From an uncultured bacterium (lineage in GTDB: Bacteria; Patescibacteriota; Saccharimonadia; UBA4664): a DNA stretch of 64,000 nucleotides. This document shows positions 19,674-28,073 of the stretch, in pieces. The position numbers were made by a program, and so were the translations under genes. Where the stretch lies: the NCBI GenBank assembly GCA_963720265.1, contig CAVRET010000002.1:663601-727600 (forward strand). Reading direction: 5' to 3'. Below the pieces are notes generated by a model. It was not told the origin of the DNA. It saw nothing but the letters and a program-made list of their open reading frames with translations, and did no database searches. Each line of letters opens with the position of its first letter. Positions within the stretch are counted from its first letter, which is position 1.

Positions 19674-20600
19674 ATGAAGGTTCCATACATTGGCAAAGCC
19701 GAATACTGTTACTCGAATTCGACTGCGATGATGCTCGCTTCAATCGGCGAGGATGTGCCGCCCTCAAGGATCGAGGTACTCACCGGTATGGGAGTCGGTG
19801 CATTCAAGGAAAGAAATTCAAACGTTATTTTCTTTGATTGTTGGCATACCGACAAAGGCATAAGTGAAGCCCTGACTTCCCTAGGATTTTCCTTTGATGA
19901 ATCTGCCAACGAGAAACCAGACGACCCACCTTTCGAAGAGTTAAGGAGCGCACTTTCAAATGGACCAGTCGTTCTTGGACCGTTGGACATTGGCCTTCTA
20001 AGTTATCGCCCAAGGAACAGAGGCGCTAATGGCTCGGTGCATTACATCCTGGCTCACGGAATGGACGACCAAAGAGTCTATGTGCACGATCCATGGGGTT
20101 ACCCGTTCGTAAGCATCACGCTTGAGGACTTAAGGGAAGCGTGGGAAGCGCGCCTGATAGAGCAAAAGCATGGCTATTACCGCCATTGGAGCAATCCAGT
20201 CCGCATTGAATCTCCCGCAAACGATGACCTGTTCAGCCGGGCTCTTGCCACTTTCAAGAAAGTCTATGCTGATGGTCAAACCGAGCTGAAGCGCAAAGGC
20301 CATCAAACAGGACCGGAGGCTATCAGCGCGGTTGCGTCAGCGGCCCGGAATAATGGCCTTTCCGATGACGAGGTTTACAATTTAGCTGGTTTCTCACTTC
20401 CATTAGCAGCGAAGCGGGCTTTAGATTATTCATCCTATTTTCAAGAAAGGAACAAAGTAGTTTCAGACGCCAAGTACGAGATGGCCCAACTATTTGGGTC
20501 TGCCCAGACAAAATTGATGGCGAAGGACCTCAACAGCTTCTCGGCCGACCTGGAGAAGTTAGCTGATTTCGAGAACCGGATTGAAGGGATTCTCGGATAA
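19674..20600 (+). CDS. Cassette 2 cargo, BtrH-N / peptidase C39-like papain-fold protein
   Basis: YCYSNS (Cys), HYILAHG (His), VHDP (Asp) arrangement. Confidence 0.65.
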   Translation: MKVPYIGKAEYCYSNSTAMMLASIGEDVPPSRIEVLTGMGVGAFKERNSNVIFFDCWHTDKGISEALTSLGFSFDESANEKPDDPPFEELRSALSNGPVVLGPLDIGLLSYRPRNRGANGSVHYILAHGMDDQRVYVHDPWGYPFVSITLEDLREAWEARLIEQKHGYYRHWSNPVRIESPANDDLFSRALATFKKVYADGQTELKRKGHQTGPEAISAVASAARNNGLSDDEVYNLAGFSLPLAAKRALDYSSYFQERNKVVSDAKYEMAQLFGSAQTKLMAKDLNSFSADLEKLADFENRIEGILG

Positions 20601-20785
20601 CGCTCGCCTTTGCTCGAAAGGTAATCACTGACTTCGTCCTCCTCTAGCAATTTCCTGATCTCGGCCACATCACAATCTACATCGTCCTCAAAAGTCTGGA
20701 ACACGTAACAGAGCTCCAGCCAAGGACTTATTTTTACGAAGCCATCAAATTGACCCGTTTTAGGGTCGTTTTTTTTGCCGTCCAT
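20441..20785 (-). CDS. att-spanning micro-ORF, copy B
   Basis: GGAGG RBS; PWLELCYVFQT...DVAEIRKLLEE; 3' end overlaps cargo antisense. Confidence 0.55.
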   Translation of the reverse strand: MDGKKNDPKTGQFDGFVKISPWLELCYVFQTFEDDVDCDVAEIRKLLEEDEVSDYLSSKGERYPRIPSIRFSKSANFSRSAEKLLRSFAINFVWADPNSWAISYLASETTLFLS

Positions 20786-20844
20786 GTTATACCTCCATTA
20801 AGCCATTAGTTCGTTCGAATCCGTCCTAAACTCAATAAAAATGG

Positions 20845-20873
20845 TTGACAAATGCAACCAAACATGTTAGATT
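20845..20873 (+). promoter_or_regulatory. sigma70 promoter for cassette 3 cargo
   Basis: TTGACA-17 nt-TAGATT. Confidence 0.65.
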
Positions 20874-20927
20874 TTCTACAAGGTAACAGGGCTCCTGTTA
20901 CATAGTTCCTACAGGAGAGGAAGCCAC

Positions 20928-21221
20928 ATGGAACCTCTAGTGTTCCTCGAAGTGCTTCTCAAGCAGTTCAAGCGCGTTAGTGATCTGTACGTCCGTGATG
21001 GCTATCGCCTTCGGACCATTCCGGTCCAAGATGACAGCTTTACGAGCTCTGGTCGCACATATCGACTTGAGTTCGAAAAGGAGCGAAGCTCAGCCGGCGA
21101 CGGCAGCGTTACTCTCGATGTCATCGACGCTAAGCTAGTGGTCGATGATCAGGCTCAAGTATTGAGCCTCACTCAACGGAGTTCAGAAGAGTGCTACCCA
21201 TTGGGTAGGCCGGTGAACTAA
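20928..21221 (+). CDS. Cassette 3 cargo, hypothetical protein
   Basis: 97-aa ORF with AGGAGAGG RBS and own promoter. Confidence 0.65.
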   Translation: MEPLVFLEVLLKQFKRVSDLYVRDGYRLRTIPVQDDSFTSSGRTYRLEFEKERSSAGDGSVTLDVIDAKLVVDDQAQVLSLTQRSSEECYPLGRPVN

Positions 21222-21380
21222 CCAGTAAAATCTGGAAATAGGTTCTCTAATTGTGAATATGCTTGCTTGATAACCGTACGCGTTATCCTCTGTCATACTC
21301 TGTAAAAGTCCCAACCTCTCCAGTGTGAGTCTAAACACTGGCGGCGCCGCATTACCGGGGCCGTTCTTTATTTTTGGCCA

Positions 21381-21542
21381 TCAGGGGTTCGACCGAGCGT
21401 GGCGCAGCTTACTCGCCTGCGGTTGTTCGATAAGTTTGCATATTGCTCTGATATCTTGTGCGGCATCCTTCTCTGTTTGAACTTTCTCCTCAGAAGTTTG
21501 GACTAGGAACCATATCCCCAGCCATATGTCAAGCATAAGCAT
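21381..21542 (-). CDS. att-spanning micro-ORF, copy C (not in ORF track)
   Basis: MLMLDIWLGIWFLVQTSEEKVQTEKDAAQDIRAICKLIEQ...; GGAAGG upstream. Confidence 0.55.
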   Translation of the reverse strand: MLMLDIWLGIWFLVQTSEEKVQTEKDAAQDIRAICKLIEQPQASKLRHARSNP

Positions 21543-21596
21543 TAAGTCCTTCCGTGTTATTCATTTTTTTAGTCAATGATTTGTTATTATTAAGCG

Positions 21597-22253
21597 GTGA
21601 TTGACGACCAAGCACAGCTAATCTGGGAATACATGAAGCTAAACCAAGAGCTTAAACCTTGTGACGCCATCTTTGTGCTTGGAAGCATCGATGACAGAAT
21701 TGCAGAATATGGCGCCAAATTATTTTTGGAGGGATATGGCGACTGGTTGATTCTGTCCGGTGGTGAAGCGCACGCCAACGACATGCTCGCCACAAAATGG
21801 GCAGAAAAAACAGAGGCTGAGCACTTTGCTGCCATCGCCAAAAAACTTGGCGTACCAACCGACAAGATTATCACCGAAAACAGAGCAACAAATACGGGCG
21901 AAAACATTACGTTTACCTACGAATTAGTAAGGAGCAGAGGGCTAACACTTCACTCACTGTTGCTGGTTCAAAAGCCCTATATGGAGAGGCGAACGTACGC
22001 GACTTTTCAGAAGCAGTGGCCGGATGAAACCACACGCTTCATTGTTTCGTCTCCTCCAATACCCTACGCAGAATATTTCAATGACTCGCAGCCAAAAGAC
22101 AAGGTCATCAATATTATGGTTGGAGATCTGCAAAGAATCGCGGAGTACCCAAAGCTTGGTTTTCAAACTGCACAGGAAATCCCCGCAAAAGTCTGGACCG
22201 CGTACGAAACACTTGTGGCCAAGGGTTATGATAAACACCTCATGAAGCCCTAA
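21597..22253 (+). CDS. Cassette 4 cargo, YdcF/DUF218 family protein
   Basis: DAIFVLGS, ILSGG, TEAE, ENRATNTGEN, QKPYMERR. Confidence 0.85.
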   Translation: MIDDQAQLIWEYMKLNQELKPCDAIFVLGSIDDRIAEYGAKLFLEGYGDWLILSGGEAHANDMLATKWAEKTEAEHFAAIAKKLGVPTDKIITENRATNTGENITFTYELVRSRGLTLHSLLLVQKPYMERRTYATFQKQWPDETTRFIVSSPPIPYAEYFNDSQPKDKVINIMVGDLQRIAEYPKLGFQTAQEIPAKVWTAYETLVAKGYDKHLMKP

Positions 22254-22468
22254 AGCTGCGTTTTACCGCCGTCATTGTCAAGAATCCGTAGTATTTCATC
22301 CACATCACATTCGTCCATTTTGTCAAAAGTTTTAATTATATACCATCTCCCCAGCCATAAAATGTGAACGCCAAATAGTCCCGTAAAATGGTCTATTTTT
22401 GGTTTGGAATGTCGGTAGGGGCGATAGGACGTCCAAACTTCTTGATTTCCATCAGCAGTCATACTCAT
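22250..22468 (-). CDS. att-spanning micro-ORF, copy D
   Basis: LWLGRWYIIKTFDKMDECDVDEILRILDN. Confidence 0.55.
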   Translation of the reverse strand: MSMTADGNQEVWTSYRPYRHSKPKIDHFTGLFGVHILWLGRWYIIKTFDKMDECDVDEILRILDNDGGKTQL

Positions 22469-22576
22469 AGACTTGCTTTTTTCTCCAATTTGTGCTAATA
22501 TATGTTCAAGTACTGCCCAGATGGCAGTCTCCTAGTAACGCACTAGGGCCTCTCCTCGGATGGAAGGATACAAGCC

Positions 22577-22924
22577 ATGCGTATTCGCATCACCGAAGGG
22601 CCTTGCGCCGCCGACACCATGTTCCGAGCATGTCTCGCGGCCACCGAGTTCGCCGGTCGCATCGTCGACATAGACATGACCGATACCAGCCCGCCCAGCC
22701 CAGGTCCGCGCTCAATCGAAATCACCGCACTGGTCGCGCTCCAGGGCGGACGCATGGTTGGGATCATGGCTAACTGCCACATAGTTCGCACGGAAGCCGG
22801 TTGGACTGACGGGCTCTGCGACTTCTACGGCCAACCCGCCAACCCAATGCTGGTTCGGTTCCTCTACGACATGGCCCAGCCCAACCCGGAGCCCGTCGTT
22901 TACAAGGCAACCTCCTCTCGGTGA
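22577..22924 (+). CDS. Cassette 5 cargo, hypothetical protein
   Basis: 115-aa ORF, GGAAGGA RBS, TTGCTT..TAATAT promoter at about 22473-22501, hairpin CCTCCCCGC-tct-GCGGGGAGG at 22929-22949. Confidence 0.6.
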   Translation: MRIRITEGPCAADTMFRACLAATEFAGRIVDIDMTDTSPPSPGPRSIEITALVALQGGRMVGIMANCHIVRTEAGWTDGLCDFYGQPANPMLVRFLYDMAQPNPEPVVYKATSSR

Positions 22925-23007
22925 TCAACCTCCCCGCTCTGCGGGGAGGCCCACCCCAAGATTTCAAGAATTTGAAGTTTTAGGATGGGTCAACTAGCGT
23001 CGACTTC

Positions 23008-23190
23008 CTAGAGCAACTCACGAATCATCTCGATCTCGCTCTGAATCACTTTGGGCTGAGAGGAATCATATTCATAAGTTTGGAACACGTAACAGAGCTC
23101 CAGCCATGTAGAGCGAATTTCATTTTACAGCTCTTCGGAACTGTTTTTGTCTTTGTTCGCTTAGTCACTGTTAAGGGCTTGGAAGGTCAT
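23008..23190 (-). pseudogene. att-spanning micro-ORF, copy E, decayed
   Basis: MTFQALNSD*ANKDKNSSEEL*NEIRSTWLELCYVFQT...EIEMIRELL*; two in-frame TAA; GGAGG RBS retained. Confidence 0.6.
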
Positions 23191-23457
23191 TCTTGGGCCT
23201 CCATTAAATCATGCTTTTCTGGACATTCGCAGCGATCACATGAGCGAATATCGAGTTTTCTACTGATATTGCACCGTCTTTTATCGAGTACAAACTTGAG
23301 CATCCTCCTCACCGGCTGCTACTGATCATTGACCGCAAGCACTTTCAAGCCTTGCTGCGAGAGCAACAGCGCAGGAATTTTTTGTACCTGCGCATGCCAA
23401 CCGTATGTTACTGCCTCACAGGCATTGCAATCGGACAACGGGTCAAAGCCGTATCGG

Positions 23458-24120
23458 CTATTCCTGCTGCCACTGACACTTTCCGCTACCGTAGTTAATG
23501 GCGCTCAACGCGAGATTAGTGCCGCCAAAGTCACACAGCCATGTCGGCTCGTCGTATTGGCCGTTATCCGAGGCTAGGACGTTCTCAACGTACCAACTCG
23601 TACCATCGCCGCCGGGAACGTTTTGGACGAAGATCGTTGAAGCTGATCCGCACGGCTCCAAGGCCGCTTGACCGTTACCGTGAGCAACCCAGCCCACACA
23701 GTCACTGGTATCAGGAGCGTAGACGAACTCGTCTATATCATCGTTGTAGTAGCGATTGTTCAACCCGTCGCCGACAGTAAACGGACAAGTGTGCGTTACG
23801 CGTCCGTCATTACACAAGCTGGTGCCGCGCGTATAAAAGTCTTCGTGATTATCGCCGCTCTCATACCCGTATGCGGCAACCCTGTTGCCGTAACTTTTGC
23901 CGCCGTTCCAGTCATTAAAGCACTGCTCGCTATACTCGAAGCTGCATATCGATTGCCCGGCTGCGCGAGACTGCGTACGGTAAATTGCCACCCCACTAAC
24001 CACAATTGCGGCCACAAAAATCGCCCCTAAAACCACTTGCGTAGATCGCAACGATAGTCTCTGTGATATTGTTTTTACTTGCGATTTTTGTTTTTTTCGC
24101 AACCCGGTTTTAGTTGGCAT
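23458..24120 (-). CDS. Secreted Cys-rich protein, possibly ricin-B-like lectin
   Basis: Basic N-terminus plus TM, SRAA cleavage-like site, multiple Cys/Trp motifs. Confidence 0.6.
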   Translation of the reverse strand: MPTKTGLRKKQKSQVKTISQRLSLRSTQVVLGAIFVAAIVVSGVAIYRTQSRAAGQSICSFEYSEQCFNDWNGGKSYGNRVAAYGYESGDNHEDFYTRGTSLCNDGRVTHTCPFTVGDGLNNRYYNDDIDEFVYAPDTSDCVGWVAHGNGQAALEPCGSASTIFVQNVPGGDGTSWYVENVLASDNGQYDEPTWLCDFGGTNLALSAINYGSGKCQWQQE

Positions 24121-24331
24121 TACGCATACCCATTATGTTTATTTTAGGAAACTATCAATCACACACCATTATAACGCTTACGCTTAGGGAATCAATGGGA
24201 TTAACCAGGTTACACCTTTAGGTAGTAAGCAAAAAATGATGCATGTATTGGAAGATCCAGCAAATAACGATATATCGTTACTAATTGTACTATAATAAGT
24301 ATAGTTATGATTATTTATTCTTTGGCTATAG

Positions 24332-26275
24332 ATGCCTCCAGGTAGCGGTGGGCGTGGCATGCGCGGTCCGCTGCGGTCGTTTTCGCGAGACTCGACGGTA
24401 ACAAAACACAAGCTGGCGCCACACATACGCCGGCGTGTTATTCAGTTTGCCGCGCCCTATAAGATGCTACTGCTCGTATTCCTTGTCGTCGTCGTGGTGG
24501 ACGCGGCAATTGGAGTGGTCAATCCACTCATACTGAGAGACATCATAAACAAGGGCATCATCGGTCAGAACCCCAGTCTTATCATTGATCTGGCCTTCCT
24601 TGTGGCTGGCCTGGCCATCTTCGACGCTGGGCTGACATTCGTCAGCCGCCTCATCTCCGCCAAGATTGGCGAAGGGCTCATATTCGACATGCGCACACGC
24701 ATATTTACCCATATCCAAAGCATGCCGCTAGCCTTTTTTACACGGACACAGACGGGGGCGCTTGTCAGCCGTCTCAACAACGATGTTCTAGGAGCACAAG
24801 AAGCGTTTACGGATGTGCTGTCCAACGTCGTCGGAAATATCATCAGCGTTGGGCTCGTGCTCATCGCGATGTTCATACTATCATGGCAGCTCACCCTAGT
24901 CGCAATCGTTATTTTGCCCGTTTTTTTGCTGCCAGCTCGGTGGCTCGGACGTCGACTTCACGCAATTACACTTGAGAGCTATAACCTCAATTCGGTTATG
25001 AATAACACCATGATCGAGCGCTTCAATGTCGCCGGTGCCTTATTATCCAAAGTCTTTGGTAACCCGCAACAAGAAAACGAGCTCTTTCGCTCTCGGGCCG
25101 CCCGAGTACGGGATATCGGCGTGACCCAAGCCATGTACGCACGATTCCTTTTCATCGCCCTGATGCTCACCGCATCGCTCGCTACCGCCATCATATATGG
25201 GTGGGGCGGCGTGCAGGCAGCCGAGCGAGTCCTAAACGTCGGGACCGTCGTGGCCCTCACCGCCTATCTTACGCGACTATATGGACCGCTTACGCAACTA
25301 TCTAATATGAACGTTGATATTATGACCGCCCTAGTATCGTTTGAACGCGTGTTCGAGATCCTCGACCTACCGCCACTCATCAGGGAATCGTCGCATCCCA
25401 AGATAATTCCAGCCGGTCCGGCATCCGCATCCATCGCCTTTGAACACGTCGACTTTACATATCCAGCGCCCAAAGACGTGTCGCTGGCGTCGCTAGAATC
25501 CGTGGCGGTACTGGCCAAAAGTGACGCCAAACAGGTCTTGTTTGATGTTAGCTTTACGGTCCAACCGGGACAAATGGTAGCGCTTGTCGGGCCGTCCGGG
25601 GCCGGCAAAACGACCATCTCCCAACTTGTAGCCAGATTGTACGATGTGAGCTCAGGCAGCGTCCGCATTAGTGGTGTCGACGTCAGGGACGCATCATTTC
25701 GTACGCTCCGCGAACGGATTGGCCTGGTCACACAGGACGCCCACCTCTTTCACGAAACCATTCGTGACAATTTGCTTTTTGCTAAGCCGGACGCTACCGA
25801 TGAAGAGGTCTTAAAAGCTCTCGACGACGCCCAGCTGAGCAGCCTCGTTCAAAGTCTGCCGACAGGGCTAGGCACAATGGTTGGCGACCGCGGCTATCGG
25901 CTGTCGGGAGGAGAAAAGCAGCGGCTGGCTATCGCCCGCGTCCTACTCAAAGATCCAGATATCGTGATTCTTGATGAAGCCACTGCCCACCTGGATTCGG
26001 AATCGGAGCGAGCCATCCAGGACGCGCTTGGTCATACACTACATAATCGAACCTCGCTGGTCATTGCCCACCGGCTCTCCACTATTCGGATGGCCGATGA
26101 AATACTGGTTGTAGACCATGGCCGCATTCGTGAACGAGGCACGCACGACGAACTGCTCAGACAAAATGGCCAGTATGCTAAACTCTACGAACTGCAGTTT
26201 CGCGCAAGTGCTGCCGCGGTGAGCAATCAGGGGGAGTCAAATGAGAATTCAACATTGGCTACCTCAAGTCATTAG
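24332..26275 (+). CDS. ABC transporter, fused permease/ATPase (type IV exporter)
   Basis: Six TM region, GPSGAGKT, LSGGEKQR, ILDEATAHLD, IAHRLST. Confidence 0.95.
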   Translation: MPPGSGGRGMRGPLRSFSRDSTVTKHKLAPHIRRRVIQFAAPYKMLLLVFLVVVVVDAAIGVVNPLILRDIINKGIIGQNPSLIIDLAFLVAGLAIFDAGLTFVSRLISAKIGEGLIFDMRTRIFTHIQSMPLAFFTRTQTGALVSRLNNDVLGAQEAFTDVLSNVVGNIISVGLVLIAMFILSWQLTLVAIVILPVFLLPARWLGRRLHAITLESYNLNSVMNNTMIERFNVAGALLSKVFGNPQQENELFRSRAARVRDIGVTQAMYARFLFIALMLTASLATAIIYGWGGVQAAERVLNVGTVVALTAYLTRLYGPLTQLSNMNVDIMTALVSFERVFEILDLPPLIRESSHPKIIPAGPASASIAFEHVDFTYPAPKDVSLASLESVAVLAKSDAKQVLFDVSFTVQPGQMVALVGPSGAGKTTISQLVARLYDVSSGSVRISGVDVRDASFRTLRERIGLVTQDAHLFHETIRDNLLFAKPDATDEEVLKALDDAQLSSLVQSLPTGLGTMVGDRGYRLSGGEKQRLAIARVLLKDPDIVILDEATAHLDSESERAIQDALGHTLHNRTSLVIAHRLSTIRMADEILVVDHGRIRERGTHDELLRQNGQYAKLYELQFRASAAAVSNQGESNENSTLATSSH

Positions 26276-26331
26276 AACATGGACAACATCCCACATCCCA
26301 CATCCCCAACCCAAGCGGCGGTATAATCTAC

Positions 26332-28008
26332 ATGATGCTCATGGTATTGATCAGTCTCGCGGCGGGAGTACTCACGGTTCTAGCGCCGTGCGTTTTGCCC
26401 CTTCTGCCGGTTATCATCGGCGGATCGCTGGCCGCCGGCCAGCACAACCGCAGTCGGCCCTATATTATTGCCGGGTCGCTTGTTATTGCAGTTGTCGGCT
26501 TCACGCTCATCTTAAAAGTCTCCACGCTGGCCGCCGGTATCTCGGAGCAAATCCTAGACATTGCGAGCGGCGGCTTACTCGTGCTCTTGGGCTTCGCCTT
26601 ATCCGCACCTGAGTTGTGGGCAAAAATGGCCGCGCTAACGAAACTGGAGGCAGTATCAAACCAACTGCTGTCCACAGCCGGGAACGACCGGCGACCCTTC
26701 ATCGGTGCTGCGTTAATCGGCCTTGCCCTCGGGCCAGTCTTCGCCAGCTGCAGCCCAACGTACGCCTTCATCCTGGCGTCGGTCTTGCCCAAAGATCTGC
26801 CAGTCGGCACGCTCGATTTGTTTGCGTACGCCGTTGGGCTCGCTGCCGCCCTGCTGGCAGTGGCCCTGGCCGGCAAACGGCTTACCTCGCGGCTTGGCTG
26901 GGCGTTAGATCCCAACGGCTGGTTTAGGCGGACGTTTGGTGCTGTGCTCATAGTCGTGGGCCTGGTGGTCGCATTTGGGCTCGCTTCCACTGTTGAGGTG
27001 TGGGTGGCCGCTCACTTGCCATTCGACGAGGCCAAGCTCGAGCAGCAGCTTTTGAGCACCCAAACTGGCACCAAGACCGATAAGCAAGCCGGTTCCGCGC
27101 TCAACGTCGAACCGATACCAGCCCCGCAGTTCACCGGGCTCACCAATTGGATCAACAGCCCGCCGCTCACTCTATCGAACCTGCGCGGCCAAGTAGTTCT
27201 CGTGGACTTTTGGACATACTCTTGCATCAACTGTATCCGAACGCTGCCGTATCTTGAGAAATGGTACCAAACGTACCACAACCAAGGCTTAGTTATAATA
27301 GGCGTGAATACGCCCGAGTTCGCATTTGAGCACGTGCCCGGGAATGTGGCAGCAGCGGTCCGCAAATTTGGCATTGCCTACCCTGTGGCGCTTGATAACA
27401 ATTACGCCACCTGGGATGCGTACAATAACGACTCGTGGCCTGCCGATTATCTCATTGACCGCTCCGGCGACATTCGTTATGTCGCGACCGGCGAAGGCGA
27501 CTACCCAACGACGGAACGAGCGATCCAAGAATTACTTGGGATCAACCACAGCCTTGTCACGCCGACTTCCAATGTACCGGTGGCGGCCGACCAAACCCCA
27601 GAAACGTATTTTGGCACCAACCGTGCCCAGAGCTATGTCGGATCCCCCTCTCTCGTCAACGGGTCGGCTAATTTTAGCCCAACTCAGCCATCGCCTGATC
27701 AGTGGACCTTAAGCGGCAAGTGGAAAATCTCCGGCGAGAGTATCACAAGTGAGGGGCCGGGCTCGCAGCTGGTCGCGTCCGTTGTTGCAAAAGACGTCTA
27801 CCTGGTCGCAAGCGGCGCCGGCAGTGTTCATGTCGGCCTCGATCCCGGCAGTAGCAGCGACTTTGGTAATGATGCGCCCGAGGGATTGGTGGCGGTGGCG
27901 GCCTCGCGTCTTTACCACATCGTGTCACGACCACAATCCGCTAGCATCACCGTGACGCTCACCGTGCCTACCGGCGTAACTCTGTACACCTTTACGTTTG
28001 GCAGCTAG
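26332..28008 (+). CDS. dipZ: DipZ-type CcdA-thioredoxin fusion
   Basis: LAPCVLP and ASCSP in TM domain; DFWTYSCINC thioredoxin; TPETY C-terminal domain. Confidence 0.88.
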   Translation: MMLMVLISLAAGVLTVLAPCVLPLLPVIIGGSLAAGQHNRSRPYIIAGSLVIAVVGFTLILKVSTLAAGISEQILDIASGGLLVLLGFALSAPELWAKMAALTKLEAVSNQLLSTAGNDRRPFIGAALIGLALGPVFASCSPTYAFILASVLPKDLPVGTLDLFAYAVGLAAALLAVALAGKRLTSRLGWALDPNGWFRRTFGAVLIVVGLVVAFGLASTVEVWVAAHLPFDEAKLEQQLLSTQTGTKTDKQAGSALNVEPIPAPQFTGLTNWINSPPLTLSNLRGQVVLVDFWTYSCINCIRTLPYLEKWYQTYHNQGLVIIGVNTPEFAFEHVPGNVAAAVRKFGIAYPVALDNNYATWDAYNNDSWPADYLIDRSGDIRYVATGEGDYPTTERAIQELLGINHSLVTPTSNVPVAADQTPETYFGTNRAQSYVGSPSLVNGSANFSPTQPSPDQWTLSGKWKISGESITSEGPGSQLVASVVAKDVYLVASGAGSVHVGLDPGSSSDFGNDAPEGLVAVAASRLYHIVSRPQSASITVTLTVPTGVTLYTFTFGS

Positions 28009-28073
28009 CCAAAGGAGTTCGAATATGCGCCGTACACGCGTATAATAAGCCCCACATTGAGGGAGGTGGGGCT

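Larger units (their letters stand above)
18429..23205. mobile_element. tRNA-Gln-anchored tandem array of five single-gene cassettes
   Basis: tRNA 3'-end copies (CYCCAGCCA) ending at 19533, 20722, 21524, 22357, 23106, each 30 nt from a conserved AGT(Y)T; one cargo gene between consecutive sites; AT-richer than flanks. Confidence 0.75.

Noticed and set aside
18522-20822. Additional tRNA genes at the GTTCGAA motifs
   Set aside because: Only T-loop-like fragments; no D arm, anticodon arm or acceptor pairing.
18429-23106. CRISPR array or classical attC integron
   Set aside because: Spacing is 0.75-1.2 kb, the repeats derive from the tRNA 3' end, and I see no cas or intI gene and no attC-type palindromes.
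23008-23190. Stop-codon recoding (alternative genetic code)
   Set aside because: TAA, TAG and TGA all terminate conserved genes normally elsewhere in the window, so these stops indicate decay.
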